NCBI GenBank assembly: GCA_040905565.1
Contig: JBBDRF010000067.1
Span: forward strand, 1-57,589
Reading direction: 5' to 3'
DNA: 57,589 bases
Source of the DNA: Phycisphaeraceae bacterium
GTDB lineage: Bacteria; Planctomycetota; Phycisphaerae; Phycisphaerales; Zrk34
Every line of letters starts with the position of its first letter. The first letter of the stretch is position 1. Shown in pieces: positions 11,397-21,399 of the stretch. Both the position numbers and the translations under genes were made by a program. The notes beneath the pieces were generated by a model, which was not told where the DNA came from, did no database searches, and saw only the letters and a program-made list of their open reading frames with translations.

Positions 11397-12281
11397 TCAG
11401 TTTTCCGGGCAGTGCTTCATCAGCTTGCGGAAGGCGTCGTTGAGTTGCAGGGTGATGGGGCCGGGCGTGCCGCTGCCGACGGACCGGCCGTCGATGTTGC
11501 TGACCGGGATGACCTCGGCTGCGGTGCCGGTGAGGAAAACCTCGTCGGCGATGAACAGGTCGTGGCGGGTCAGATCGGTCTCCTCGACGGGCAGGTCCGC
11601 TTCCTGGGCGAGTTCGATCACCAGGTTTCGCGTGACGCCTTCGAGGATGCCCGCGTGGGCCGGCGGCGTCACAAGCGTCGGCCAACCGTGACGCTGCTGC
11701 ACAATGAAGATGTTGTCGCCGGTGCACTCCGCCACGTAACCCATGTGGTTGAGCATGATCCCCTCAGCACCGCCGCCTTCGATCGCTTCGATCTTGGCCA
11801 TGATGTTGTTCAGGTAGTTCAAGCTCTTGACGCGGGGGCTAAGCGCGGCGGGATGATTGCGAATGGTCGACGTCGTCACGATCTTCAGCCCGCTGGTGTA
11901 CATCTCCTGCGGGTAGAGCGTGATCGAGTCGGCGATGATGAACACCGTCGGGTTGTCACAAAGATAGGGGTTGAGCCCCAGCGTGCCGACGCCCCGCGTG
12001 ACGCACAGGCGAAGGTAGCCGTCGGTCAGATCGTTCGCAGCCAGCACTTCGCGGATGGCATCTTCAAGCTGTTCGATCGTGTAGGGGATCTGCAGCTGGA
12101 TGTGGCGGGCCGACTGCTGAAGCCGCTCCAGGTGGGTGCGCATCTTCAGCACGCGGCCGTTGTAGGCGCGGATGCCTTCGAACACGCCGTCACCGTAGAG
12201 CAAGCCGTGGTCGAAGACGCTGACGCGGGCCTCGCCTTCGGGGACAAGCTTGCCGTCGAACCAGATCGTTTTCTCAGCCAC
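11397..12281 (-). CDS. ilvE: Branched-chain amino acid aminotransferase
   Basis: DHGLLYGDGVFEGIRAY, KSLNYLNN, ECTGDNIF, ILEGVTR, EVFLTGTAAEV; GTG start. Confidence 0.95.
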   Translation of the reverse strand: MAEKTIWFDGKLVPEGEARVSVFDHGLLYGDGVFEGIRAYNGRVLKMRTHLERLQQSARHIQLQIPYTIEQLEDAIREVLAANDLTDGYLRLCVTRGVGTLGLNPYLCDNPTVFIIADSITLYPQEMYTSGLKIVTTSTIRNHPAALSPRVKSLNYLNNIMAKIEAIEGGGAEGIMLNHMGYVAECTGDNIFIVQQRHGWPTLVTPPAHAGILEGVTRNLVIELAQEADLPVEETDLTRHDLFIADEVFLTGTAAEVIPVSNIDGRSVGSGTPGPITLQLNDAFRKLMKHCPEN

Positions 12282-12368
12282 GGCGTAAAATCCCCTGCTT
12301 GGGCCGGCGTTTGTGTTGAAACGCTCAGCGTGCGGCGACGATTAAGATGAACGGCGGGGCGGTCGCGT

Positions 12369-12740
12369 TCAGGCGGCCTGCTTCTGGGCGAGCTGGGCCT
12401 TGGCCTGCTCGATGACCACGTCGAACGCGGCGGGGTCGTGGATCGCCAGTTCGCTGAGCATCTTCCGGTTCAGCTGAATATCCGCCAGCTTCAGCCCATG
12501 AATGAACTGGCTGTAACGGATATCGCGTGCCCGGCAGGCAGCGGTGATACGCGTGATCCACAGGGCGCGGAACTCACGCTTACGCGTCCGGCGATGGCGA
12601 TAGCTGTTCACGCCCGCCCGCTGGACCGCTTCTTTTACCCGACGCCACAGCCTCGAACGGCTGCCACGATAACCACGGGCCTGTTTGAACCAGCGAACTT
12701 TGGATTGACGCCGAGCGGCGCCTTTGCGTGCGCGAGGCAT
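12369..12740 (-). CDS. rplT: 50S ribosomal protein L20
   Basis: MPRARKG...ARGYRGSRS...FRALWITRITAA...LNRKMLSELAIHD. Confidence 0.97.
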   Translation of the reverse strand: MPRARKGAARRQSKVRWFKQARGYRGSRSRLWRRVKEAVQRAGVNSYRHRRTRKREFRALWITRITAACRARDIRYSQFIHGLKLADIQLNRKMLSELAIHDPAAFDVVIEQAKAQLAQKQAA

Positions 12741-12858
12741 GGTGGAAGCTCCATCTGTAACGGCAAGTACGGGATCCCGCTTCAACGGGAATTTCGTGGC
12801 CCGGCTCGCACGTGAAACGCGCAGGCGGTCGAAACCGCCGGCACTTCAAGGCAGTGTA

Positions 12859-13077
12859 TCAGTCCTGATTGCGGCCGATCAGACGCATGTTCAGCGCCTT
12901 GCCGATCTTCTTCGCAGCGTGCGTCGAGCCGACCAGAGGCCGACGCAGACGACGGGACTTGTTCCCCGCGAAGGAACTCATCAAGTGGCTCGTGCCGGCA
13001 CGTTTGTGCGTGATCTTGCCACGTGATGTGATGCGAACCCGCTTAAGCAGGCCTTTATGACTCTTGACTTTTGACAT
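12859..13077 (-). CDS. rpmI: 50S ribosomal protein L35
   Basis: MSKVKSHKGLLKRVRITSRGK...AGTSHL; directly upstream of rplT. Confidence 0.93.
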   Translation of the reverse strand: MSKVKSHKGLLKRVRITSRGKITHKRAGTSHLMSSFAGNKSRRLRRPLVGSTHAAKKIGKALNMRLIGRNQD

Positions 13078-13227
13078 GCGGATGATCCTTCCCGTCTGGT
13101 AGAGCCCCACAGTTTACCCGCTCCTCCGATCAATGCAAGCCACGCGAAGCCAGGGCGTCACGCCGTGGGTGGGAGGCGGCCCGGTTTCGGGACAAACCCG
13201 CTCTTTCGCACGGCGGCGCGTCGCCCG

Positions 13228-13255
13228 TTGACCGTTGGGCGGCGTTGGCTACAAT
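13228..13255 (+). promoter_or_regulatory. Sigma-70 promoter of rpsR
   Basis: TTGACC-N16-TACAAT. Confidence 0.55.
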
Positions 13256-13341
13256 ATGCGGCTCGCACGAAACCGTCGCCCCGTCCCTCCCACCGTGGAT
13301 TCAGGCGGGGCTACTTAAAAGCCACGACGGAGAAACAGATC

Positions 13342-13581
13342 ATGGCACGATTCGAACGTTTTGCAGCCTCGGGACAGAAGATCGCCGTTACCAGCTCCAC
13401 CGGCAAGGTCTACGTCGACTACCGCAACGCCGACGCCCTGCGTCGCCTGATGAGCCCCAACGGCAAGATCTACGGCCGTAAGCGCACCGGCCTCAACGCC
13501 TACGAGCAGCGTCTGGCCTCGCAGGCGATCAAGCGGGCCCGCTACATGGCCCTGCTGCCTTACACGTCCGCGACGCTCTAA
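13342..13581 (+). CDS. rpsR: 30S ribosomal protein S18 (Cys-free type)
   Basis: VDYRNADALRRLMSPNGKIYGRKRTG...QAIKRARYMALLPY; GGAG RBS. Confidence 0.93.
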   Translation: MARFERFAASGQKIAVTSSTGKVYVDYRNADALRRLMSPNGKIYGRKRTGLNAYEQRLASQAIKRARYMALLPYTSATL

Positions 13582-13610
13582 GCAGCGAATCGAGGCGAAT
13601 ACGTTCTCGC

Positions 13611-13639
13611 AAAACCCGCAGTGAAAGCTGCGGGTTTTT
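13611..13639 (+). terminator. Rho-independent terminator
   Basis: AAAACCCGCAG-TGAAAG-CTGCGGGTTTTT. Confidence 0.8.
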
Positions 13640-13726
13640 CATGCGCGCTCACTAGCGGACGGTCACGCAACAGCTTAGACTGAGGAAGTCCGCATCCTCG
13701 CCTTTAACTATCTTGGAGCTTGAAGT

Positions 13727-15055
13727 ATGCCCCACCGCAGTAGCCGCCGAACGTTCTTGAAGCATGTGACCTTCGCTGGGCTGACGATGCCGTTCGTGGC
13801 ACCGAGCCTCGTGCGTGCCGCCTCGCCCAACGGCATGGTCCGGCACGCGACGATCGGTGGGCAGGGCATGGCCTGGTCGGATATCAACAGCCTCGATTCG
13901 CACGAGCACATCAAGTTCATCGCTGCGTGCGACGTGGACGTGAATCGGCTCGGGGCGGCCAAGGAGAAGTTCAGCGGGCTGCGCACCTATGCCGACTATC
14001 GCGAGCTGCTGGAGAAGGAAGATAAAAACATTGATTCGCTGAACGTGACCACGCCCGACCACATGCACGCACCGATCGCGCTGGCAGCGATCCGGCAGGG
14101 CAAGCATGTCTACGTGCAAAAGCCCCTCGCCCACACCGTGCAGGAAGCGCGGGCACTGGCCACCGCAGCGGCGAAGCACAACGTGATCTCGCAGATGGGC
14201 ATCCAGATTCACTCGCGGATGGAATATCGGCTCGCGGCTGAATTCATCCAGGCGGGGGCGATCGGCAAGGTCAAGCGCGTCCACACGTGGAGCCACAAGA
14301 ACTGGGGCGGAGGCGAACGACCAAGCAACACCGACCCCGTGCCCGACAACCTCAACTGGGACCTCTGGCTGGGCGTCGCACCCGAGCGCCCCTTCGCCAA
14401 CGGCCGCTACCATCCCGGCGAATGGCGACGCTGGCAGGATTTCGGCACGGGCACGTTCGGCGACATGGGCTGCCACATCTACGACCCCGTCTACAACTGC
14501 CTCCAGTTGACCGCCCCGGTCCGCGTCCGCAGCGAAGGTGCTGAGCCGTTCGCCGAGACATGGCCTACTTCCGCCATCGTTCACTACACCTATCCCGGCA
14601 CCGAGCAGACGGCCGGCGACACGATTGATGTCACCTGGTACGACGGCGGCGAAATGCCTCCCGCCGACGCGCTCGAAGGACTGGGCGATCAGCGCCCGCC
14701 CGCGCAGGGGTCGCTGTTCATCGGCGAGAAGGGCAGCATGCTTCTGCCGCACATCGGCGCACCGCAACTGCTGCCGCGTGAGCTGGCGCGCACCATCGAG
14801 CGCCCCCAGCTTCCGCCCGCCAACCACTACCACCAGTTCATCGACGCCGTCCGCGGCGAGGGCGAAGCCAGCGCCAGCTTCGAATACTCGGGCCCGCTCA
14901 CCGAAGCGATTCTGCTGGGCAACGTCGCCTCGCGCTTCCGTGGCCAGTCACTCGAATGGGACGCGGAAAACCTCACCGTCACCAACCTCGAAGAAGCCAA
15001 CCAGTACATCACCAAGACCTACCGCAAGGGCTGGGAAATCGAAGGCCTCGGCTGA
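13727..15055 (+). CDS. Tat-exported Gfo/Idh/MocA oxidoreductase
   Basis: SRRTFLK Tat motif, TPDHMHA, HVYVQKPL, WDLWLG, GDMGCH. Confidence 0.9.
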   Translation: MPHRSSRRTFLKHVTFAGLTMPFVAPSLVRAASPNGMVRHATIGGQGMAWSDINSLDSHEHIKFIAACDVDVNRLGAAKEKFSGLRTYADYRELLEKEDKNIDSLNVTTPDHMHAPIALAAIRQGKHVYVQKPLAHTVQEARALATAAAKHNVISQMGIQIHSRMEYRLAAEFIQAGAIGKVKRVHTWSHKNWGGGERPSNTDPVPDNLNWDLWLGVAPERPFANGRYHPGEWRRWQDFGTGTFGDMGCHIYDPVYNCLQLTAPVRVRSEGAEPFAETWPTSAIVHYTYPGTEQTAGDTIDVTWYDGGEMPPADALEGLGDQRPPAQGSLFIGEKGSMLLPHIGAPQLLPRELARTIERPQLPPANHYHQFIDAVRGEGEASASFEYSGPLTEAILLGNVASRFRGQSLEWDAENLTVTNLEEANQYITKTYRKGWEIEGLG

Positions 15056-15086
15056 GCCTCGCTCGGCCTCGGAACACGCCCACTCG

Positions 15087-15112
15087 ATAGCCACCGGTTT
15101 ACAACCGGCAGG
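15087..15112 (+). repeat. Stem-swapped REP-like hairpin
   Basis: ATAGCC-ACCGGTT-TAC-AACCGGC-AGG has the same scaffold as family A. Confidence 0.55.
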
Positions 15113-15237
15113 TTTTTCAACGCTTGCGTTGGAGTGACCGCGCCGATCAACCGATACGACCGGTAAGACCCGGTAGCGTTGGCGTTGTCGTCGTGCCGGT
15201 TTTCGCAAGTGTTCTGGACCGAGAGGAGAGGTTTCGC

Positions 15238-16665
15238 GTGGGCAATTTTGACTACGATCTGGTGTGCATCGGCAGCGGCCCTGCTGGGCAACGAGCGGCG
15301 ACGCAGGCGGCAAAGCTCGGCAAATGCGTGGCGATCATCGAGAAGCAGCGGTGCGTCGGTGGGGTCTGCCTGGAAACCGGCACGATCCCCAGCAAGACCT
15401 TCCGAGAAGCCGTGCGCAGCTTCTCGACCAAGCTGGATTTCGACATGGGCCTCGGCCTCGCCCCCCGCGCCCGCCCGGAGATAAGCCATCTGCTGGGGCG
15501 GGTGAACGCGGTGATGACGCGCGAGTCGCAGGTGCAGCAGTACCAGCTTGAGCGCAACGATATCGACCTGCTCCAGGGCCGCGCCAGCTTTGTCGATCCG
15601 CACACCATCGCCGTGACGACCGACGGCTCGGTCCGCAATGTCACCACCGCCAACATCCTCGTCGCCTGCGGCACCAAGCCGACCGATCCGCGCGGTGCCA
15701 AGGCCGACGGCCGAACGCTCATCACCAGTGATCAGGTGCTGCACCTCGATCGTCTGCCGCGCACCATGGCCGTGGTGGGGGCGGGAGTCATCGGCATCGA
15801 GTACGCGTCGATGTTCGCCGCGCTGGGCGTGAAGGTGACGATGATCGACAAGCGGCCGAAACCGCTGGAGTTTCTCGATCACGAGATCATCGACGAACTC
15901 ATCCACCAGATGCGTAACCGCGACGTTTCCTTCCGCCTCGGCGAAGCGGTGGAGAGCATCGAAATCATCGAAGGGCACCCCACGCCGCACGGTTCGATCA
16001 AGCTCGAATCGGGCAAACGGGTGGTGGCGGATCTCGTGCTGTTTTCCGTCGGCCGGGTCGGCGCGACCGACACGATGAATCTCGATGCAGCGGGGCTGGA
16101 GAGCGACGATCGCGGTCGGCTTGAAGTGGATGATCAACTGCGGACGAACGTGCCGCACATCTTCGCCGCAGGCGACGTGATCGGCTACCCCTCACTCGCG
16201 GCGACTTCCAGTGAGCAGGGCCGGCTCGCAGCCTGCCATATGTTCGGCATCCACACCAAAGCGATGAGCGAACATTTCCCCGTCGGCATCTACGCCATCC
16301 CCGAAATCTCCATGGTCGGCGCCACCGAAGAACAGCTCACCGAGCAACGCGTGCCCTACGAAACAGGCATCGCCCGCTACCGCGAAATCGCAAGGGGTCA
16401 GATCCTCGGCGACGATACCGGCGTCGTGAAAATGATGTTCCACCGCGAAACCCGCAGGCTGCTCGGCGTCCACGCCATCGGCACCGGGGCCACCGAACTC
16501 ATCCACGTCGGCCAGGCCGTCTACGCGCTCGGCGGCGACCTGGACTACTTCCTCAACACCGTTTTCAACTATCCCACCCTCGCCGAGTGCTACAAAGTCG
16601 CCGCCCTCGAAGCGGCCAACAAGCTCAACCTCGGCCAACCCAACCAAGTCGTCGCCACCGCGTGA
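15238..16665 (+). CDS. sthA: Soluble (Si-specific) pyridine nucleotide transhydrogenase
   Basis: IGSGPAG, GGVCLETGTIPSK (single Cys), GIYAIPEIS, ARGQILGD, VFNYPTLAECYKVAA; GTG start after AGGAG. Confidence 0.92.
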   Translation: MGNFDYDLVCIGSGPAGQRAATQAAKLGKCVAIIEKQRCVGGVCLETGTIPSKTFREAVRSFSTKLDFDMGLGLAPRARPEISHLLGRVNAVMTRESQVQQYQLERNDIDLLQGRASFVDPHTIAVTTDGSVRNVTTANILVACGTKPTDPRGAKADGRTLITSDQVLHLDRLPRTMAVVGAGVIGIEYASMFAALGVKVTMIDKRPKPLEFLDHEIIDELIHQMRNRDVSFRLGEAVESIEIIEGHPTPHGSIKLESGKRVVADLVLFSVGRVGATDTMNLDAAGLESDDRGRLEVDDQLRTNVPHIFAAGDVIGYPSLAATSSEQGRLAACHMFGIHTKAMSEHFPVGIYAIPEISMVGATEEQLTEQRVPYETGIARYREIARGQILGDDTGVVKMMFHRETRRLLGVHAIGTGATELIHVGQAVYALGGDLDYFLNTVFNYPTLAECYKVAALEAANKLNLGQPNQVVATA

Positions 16666-16689
16666 GCGAACCAAAAGCGCACCGTCAAA

Positions 16690-16894
16690 ACGAGCCGCGA
16701 CCGTAAGGGAGCGGTTGTGCGCCCGGGCATCGGCGAACCGCTAGGTGGGTGAAGCAACGCGATCAAAAAAAAACAGGGCGTCCGGCTTAACGGCCAGACG
16801 CCCTGTTTCTTTTGATGTCGTTTGACAGTCATCGCGTGTCGAGGCCATATGCCTGGACCTCGCGCACAACCGCTCCCTTACGGTCGCGGGTCGT
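16690..16894. repeat. Inverted REP pair (family B) enclosing a terminator
   Basis: ACGAGCCGCGACCGTAAGGGAGCGGTTGTGCGC (16690-16722) and its reverse complement with one mismatch (16862-16894). Confidence 0.85.
16765..16813. terminator. Bidirectional terminator between convergent genes
   Basis: A-tract, ACAGGGCGTC...GACGCCCTGT, TTCTTTT. Confidence 0.8.
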
Positions 16895-16902
16895 ATCAGC
16901 GC

Positions 16903-18063
16903 TTATAGATCGACCCGGCGACCGCCCTCGGCGCTGTCGATCCCCGCTTGAAGAATCTGCAGGCATTTCAGGCCGTCGGCGAAGCTGGGTGACGCCGGCT
17001 CGTCACGCGCGATGGCGTTGGTGAAGTCCGCCATGGCGTGCACGAACGTATGCTCGTAGCCGATGATGTGGCCCGGCGGCCACCACGCATCGATGTACGG
17101 ATGCTCCGGCTCGGTCATCAGAATCGTCCGGAAGCCCTGCTCCGCCGTCGGCAGCGTGTTGTCGTAGAACTCGATCTCGTTCATCCGCTCGAGGTTGAAC
17201 GTGATCGCGCCCTTCTCGCCGTAAATCTCAAACGTGTGGTAGTTCTTACGGCCGGTCGCGAAGCGTGAACTCTCAAACGAACCCAACGCTCCATTGGCGA
17301 ACTCGACCAGCATGAACGCCGCATCGTCAACGGTGACTTTGCCCTTCGGCCCGCCGGCACTGGAGCCGCTCTTGAACGTGCCCGCCTCTTCACCGGGCAG
17401 CGGACGTTCGGGGATGAAGGTGCGCATCATCGATTGCGTGCCTTTGATGTCGCCGACGAGGAAGCGGGCGAGATCGACCGAATGGCTATTGAGATCCCAG
17501 TGAGGCCCGCCCTTCGCGTGCTCCTTCTGCAGGTGCCAGGTGAGCGGGAAATTTGGATCCATGATCCACGATTGCAGGTACGCACCGCGCCAGTGATAGA
17601 TCTTGCCGAGCCGGTCGTCGTCAATCATCGCCTTGGCGTATTGCACCGCGGGGCAGCGACGGTAGTTGTGATTCACGTAATGCTTCACGTTGTTCTGCTC
17701 AGCCGCGTCGAGCATTTCCTGCGCCTGCTCCACGCTCAAGGCGAACGGCTTCTCGCAGAAAACGTGCTTGCCATGCTTCGCAGCTTCAACCGCGATCTCA
17801 TGATGCGAGCCCGTCGGCGTGGCGATGTCGACGATGTCAACATCATCACGGGCGACCACCTCGCGCCAGTCGGTCGCATGCTCCTGCCAACCCCACCGCT
17901 CCGCAAACTCCTTCACCGGCCCTTCACTTCGACCGCACACCACCTTCAGCACCGGCTCGGCATCAAGGTCGAAAAAGTACGGCGCGTTCCGCCAGGCATG
18001 CGTATGAGCTTTGCCCATGAATTTGTAGCCGATCAGGGCAACGTTGAGCTTCCGTTTGGCCAT
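16903..18063 (-). CDS. Gfo/Idh/MocA oxidoreductase, levoglucosan-dehydrogenase-like clade
   Basis: LNVALIGYKFMGKAH, CEKP, NYRRCPAV, RGAYLQSW, PERP, GYEHTF; recalled similarity to LGDH-type enzymes. Confidence 0.85.
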   Translation of the reverse strand: MAKRKLNVALIGYKFMGKAHTHAWRNAPYFFDLDAEPVLKVVCGRSEGPVKEFAERWGWQEHATDWREVVARDDVDIVDIATPTGSHHEIAVEAAKHGKHVFCEKPFALSVEQAQEMLDAAEQNNVKHYVNHNYRRCPAVQYAKAMIDDDRLGKIYHWRGAYLQSWIMDPNFPLTWHLQKEHAKGGPHWDLNSHSVDLARFLVGDIKGTQSMMRTFIPERPLPGEEAGTFKSGSSAGGPKGKVTVDDAAFMLVEFANGALGSFESSRFATGRKNYHTFEIYGEKGAITFNLERMNEIEFYDNTLPTAEQGFRTILMTEPEHPYIDAWWPPGHIIGYEHTFVHAMADFTNAIARDEPASPSFADGLKCLQILQAGIDSAEGGRRVDL

Positions 18064-18131
18064 GTGTCAAAATCTCCGAAACAAATGCAAATTGCAGTAA
18101 GAACGCGGCGGGCAGGGGGGGCGGTGGGGGG

Positions 18132-19061
18132 TTATTGCGTGCGGGTGGTGGGGCGTTCGCCGGCGGATTCGCCCTTGAGCTGAGGCTTGAGCCACTCGAG
18201 CCCCGCAAGGTTATCCAGCAGCCGTTGTTCGACGTCGTCCATCGTGTGGCCGAGGACGCCGATCGGCCCATCGTAGTCGCTTTCGACGATCACGTTCAGC
18301 AGCTCCAGGTCGAGCTCGCCGTGGCCGAGAGGCCAGATCTTCTGCCCGTGCTGGTCGCCGTCGGGCATCATGCCGTTGAGGTTCAGGCAGATCAGGTGCG
18401 GCATCATCAGCTCCAGCAGCTCCGCGAATTCATCGACATGATGATGGCCGTGGTGCTGATTGTAAACGATGCCGACGTTGTCCATGTCCATCGTTTCGAT
18501 GATGCGGACCTGGTTCCTCGGTTCGCCGAACCAGCCGCCGTGGTTGTACAGGCCGATCGAGCAGCCGATCGCGTCGGCCGCCTCAGCAAGCGGGCGAAGC
18601 GTGTCTGCAGCCTTGCCGACCTTCTCCGCATCCGTCTCGCCCTCGGGCTCGCCGATCAGCACCCACAGCGTCGTCTCAATCTCGTGCCGCTCAAGCAGAT
18701 CGAGGATGGTGCGGGCGTTTGCATCAAGCCCGCCGAAGTGCCAGAAGCCCGTCAGCTCCACGTCGTACTTCTTGAGCATCTCCATCTCGGTGTCGAAGTG
18801 TGGCACGTCCTCCGCGCGCCAGTCATAAGCCAGCTGCTCCAGGCCCAGGGCACGCAGCATCACCGTGCGCTCCTCGGGACCGCGCCGCTTGGCATCGAAC
18901 GGCACCACGCACCAGGCGACAAGGTTCTCGCGGTCAAACAACTGGTCAACGCGCTTCGCGCGCTGCTCATCAGTCAGCTCCGCAGCTTCGCCCGTGGCGG
19001 GGCCCATCAGCAATGTCATGAAAGCAAGTAGAAGCACGATCGAGAGGGAACGTCGCAGCAT
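18132..19061 (-). CDS. Secreted xylose-isomerase-like TIM-barrel protein
   Basis: Signal peptide; VAWCVVPFDAKRRGP, LYNHGGWFGEP, VYNQHHGH. Confidence 0.75.
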   Translation of the reverse strand: MLRRSLSIVLLLAFMTLLMGPATGEAAELTDEQRAKRVDQLFDRENLVAWCVVPFDAKRRGPEERTVMLRALGLEQLAYDWRAEDVPHFDTEMEMLKKYDVELTGFWHFGGLDANARTILDLLERHEIETTLWVLIGEPEGETDAEKVGKAADTLRPLAEAADAIGCSIGLYNHGGWFGEPRNQVRIIETMDMDNVGIVYNQHHGHHHVDEFAELLELMMPHLICLNLNGMMPDGDQHGQKIWPLGHGELDLELLNVIVESDYDGPIGVLGHTMDDVEQRLLDNLAGLEWLKPQLKGESAGERPTTRTQ

Positions 19062-19079
19062 GGAGAATCTCCGCAGGGT

Positions 19080-20405
19080 TTAGATGTCCTCAACGGCCAG
19101 GTCGAACACCGGCGCGATGAGTTGAATGTCCAGTTGATTGTGGCCCGTCGTCAGCAGCGCATGATGCGACGGCAGCGAACGCATCAGCTTCGGTCCATCG
19201 TTCACGCGAATCACGCCGCCGTTGAGGCAGTCCGAACCCGGGTACTGCGCGTAGCCGGTCAGGTCGGCCTCGGCGACGGTCATCCGCGTAAAGGTCGGAT
19301 CTAGTTTCGCCAGCGTGATCGGCCCCTCAGGGATACGCGCGTCGATCGCGGTCGCGTTCTCATCGATGATCTTGAGCGCCCCCTTGCGCAGCGTCCATTC
19401 CGTGCTAAAGGACTTGGGGATCACGCCCATGTAGCCGCAGTGCGCCACAAGGATGTAGTCCGCGGGATTACCTTTAACCTCGGGAAACGCTTCGATGCCC
19501 TCGTGCTTCAGGGCCGCCTGCCCCATCAGGAACGGGTACAGATTCGTCATCAGAATCGGCACGTCCAGCGACTTGTTCAGCACGTATTTGGTGAGCATGG
19601 AGACGGTGTCCGCCTCACAGCCCCAGATCATCTGCCGCTCTTCGTAGAGCATGCTGAACGCGAGGCAGGGGGTCGTATCGGAAAAGTGCGACTCGTTCAG
19701 GCAGTTGATGCCGACGCCTTGAATCTCGGGCTCCGCGTCGAGCTGTTCGCGCACCGCAAGGTACATCTTCATCGAGCTGTTGAGCGGCTTGCCGTCTATG
19801 CCCTGCGTCTTATGACCGTTGCCCGATTCCTGCCACGCAGCCTCGGCCTCGGCGTCGGACATATCCATCGCGCGCTGCCCGAGTGCCTTGAAACTTCGCC
19901 GTTCGATGGTGATGCCGAAGCGGTCGAACATCCGCTGCGTGCATTCATCTTCCCACCAGTAAAACCGCTTGAAGATGCCCGGCTGCGCGCCCTGGCCCGG
20001 GTTGTCCTGATAGACGACGAACTTGCTGTTACGCAGGTCACGCCGAACCTTCAGGGCGGCGCAAACCTTTCGCGTCTGGTCCAGGTTGTACGGCGCAATC
20101 GTCTTCACGCCCTCGCGGTCGAGGTAGGTAATCAGTTCCCAGTCCCACATCGACAGCGTGCCGAACTCGCTGGTCACGATCAAAATCGGCAGGTCGATCG
20201 CTTTGAAGTCGTCCAGCCTGCGATACGCCTCGCCGAGCAACTGCGGCAGCACCACCGCCTCGGCCTCAACCAACGGCGACCCCAGCGGCTGCGGGGCAAG
20301 CAGTTCAACCTGATCGCCGATCAACTGCTTCAGGGCCGTCAGCTGTTGATCGAAAGCCTCATCACGGCCGGGCTCGAAATAAATCGGAATGAGTCGGGGC
20401 TTCAT
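19080..20405 (-). CDS. L-fucose/L-arabinose isomerase-like protein
   Basis: GINCLNE, WGCEAD, AHCG and C-terminal HH motifs typical of the family. Confidence 0.6.
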   Translation of the reverse strand: MKPRLIPIYFEPGRDEAFDQQLTALKQLIGDQVELLAPQPLGSPLVEAEAVVLPQLLGEAYRRLDDFKAIDLPILIVTSEFGTLSMWDWELITYLDREGVKTIAPYNLDQTRKVCAALKVRRDLRNSKFVVYQDNPGQGAQPGIFKRFYWWEDECTQRMFDRFGITIERRSFKALGQRAMDMSDAEAEAAWQESGNGHKTQGIDGKPLNSSMKMYLAVREQLDAEPEIQGVGINCLNESHFSDTTPCLAFSMLYEERQMIWGCEADTVSMLTKYVLNKSLDVPILMTNLYPFLMGQAALKHEGIEAFPEVKGNPADYILVAHCGYMGVIPKSFSTEWTLRKGALKIIDENATAIDARIPEGPITLAKLDPTFTRMTVAEADLTGYAQYPGSDCLNGGVIRVNDGPKLMRSLPSHHALLTTGHNQLDIQLIAPVFDLAVEDI

Positions 20406-20496
20406 CAAAACATCCTGCAGAGGAAGGGGAGGGACATTCGGAAAAACCCGCTCCCATCGCAGTGCGACAGACGCGGGGGAGTTGGTGATTGCAAAG

Positions 20497-21351
20497 TTAA
20501 AGGTCGCCGGCGATGCGCTTCAGTTCCGTCACGCTCTGCTCAACCGCAGCATCTTCGTCGCTGTAATCGGGATGCAGGAAGTCCGTCTCCACCGCAAGGA
20601 AGCCCTTGTAGTCAGCCTTGTGCAGCAGCTCCGCGAGCTTGCGATTGTTCACAAACCCGTCGCCCACCGGCACGGAGGAGAAGAAGTGCCAGTCGTCGAC
20701 CGAAGCCTGCGGGTTCACTTTCAGATCCTTCAGGTGCGTCGCCAGCACGCGCGGGGCGAGCTTCTCCATGCCCTTGATCGGATCGTCGAGCAGGCGTGCG
20801 AAGTTGGCCGTATCGAAGTTAACCCCGAGGTACTCCGAGTCGACCGCGTCGAGCAGCTGGACGATTTCGTCGCTGGTGAAGTCGATGTGGTTTTCGATCG
20901 CCATCTTGATGCCGTAGTCCTTGGCGATGGGCACGGCTTCACGGAACATCTTCGTGAGGCGGGCGAGCTGTTCCTGGTGATCTTCAAAGCGGAACATCAA
21001 GCTGGAGCCGACCACACGCATCACGTCGGCGCCGACGTTCTTCGCGTGCTCGAACATCTCGATCATCTCTTTGTAGGCGTCTTTGTTCTTGCCGCCTTCG
21101 AGGCCGTCGGGATGACCCCATGCGAAGACGCGATCGAAGCCGTAATCGTCGAGCCGATCCTTCACGCCCTTGAGGTAGCCGGGATCGAAGTTGGTGATGA
21201 AGCAGGATTCGAGGGAGACGCCGTCGACGCCGAGTTCCTTGGCGCGATCGAGAAAATCTTCGAGCGTCATCTGCTTCGGCGGTGCGGTCTGTTCGGGGTA
21301 CACTTCGCCGAAGAAGCGGTGGTAGCAGTAGCTGTCGATGCCGATTTTCAT
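20497..21351 (-). CDS. Sugar phosphate isomerase/epimerase (AP_endonuc_2 TIM barrel)
   Basis: AIENH, NFDTAN, THLKD, VPVGDG, LAVE. Confidence 0.88.
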   Translation of the reverse strand: MKIGIDSYCYHRFFGEVYPEQTAPPKQMTLEDFLDRAKELGVDGVSLESCFITNFDPGYLKGVKDRLDDYGFDRVFAWGHPDGLEGGKNKDAYKEMIEMFEHAKNVGADVMRVVGSSLMFRFEDHQEQLARLTKMFREAVPIAKDYGIKMAIENHIDFTSDEIVQLLDAVDSEYLGVNFDTANFARLLDDPIKGMEKLAPRVLATHLKDLKVNPQASVDDWHFFSSVPVGDGFVNNRKLAELLHKADYKGFLAVETDFLHPDYSDEDAAVEQSVTELKRIAGDL

Positions 21352-21399
21352 AGTGGCTGTCTCCGCAAAAAATGAGGCAGGGGGAAAAGAAGCGGGGCG

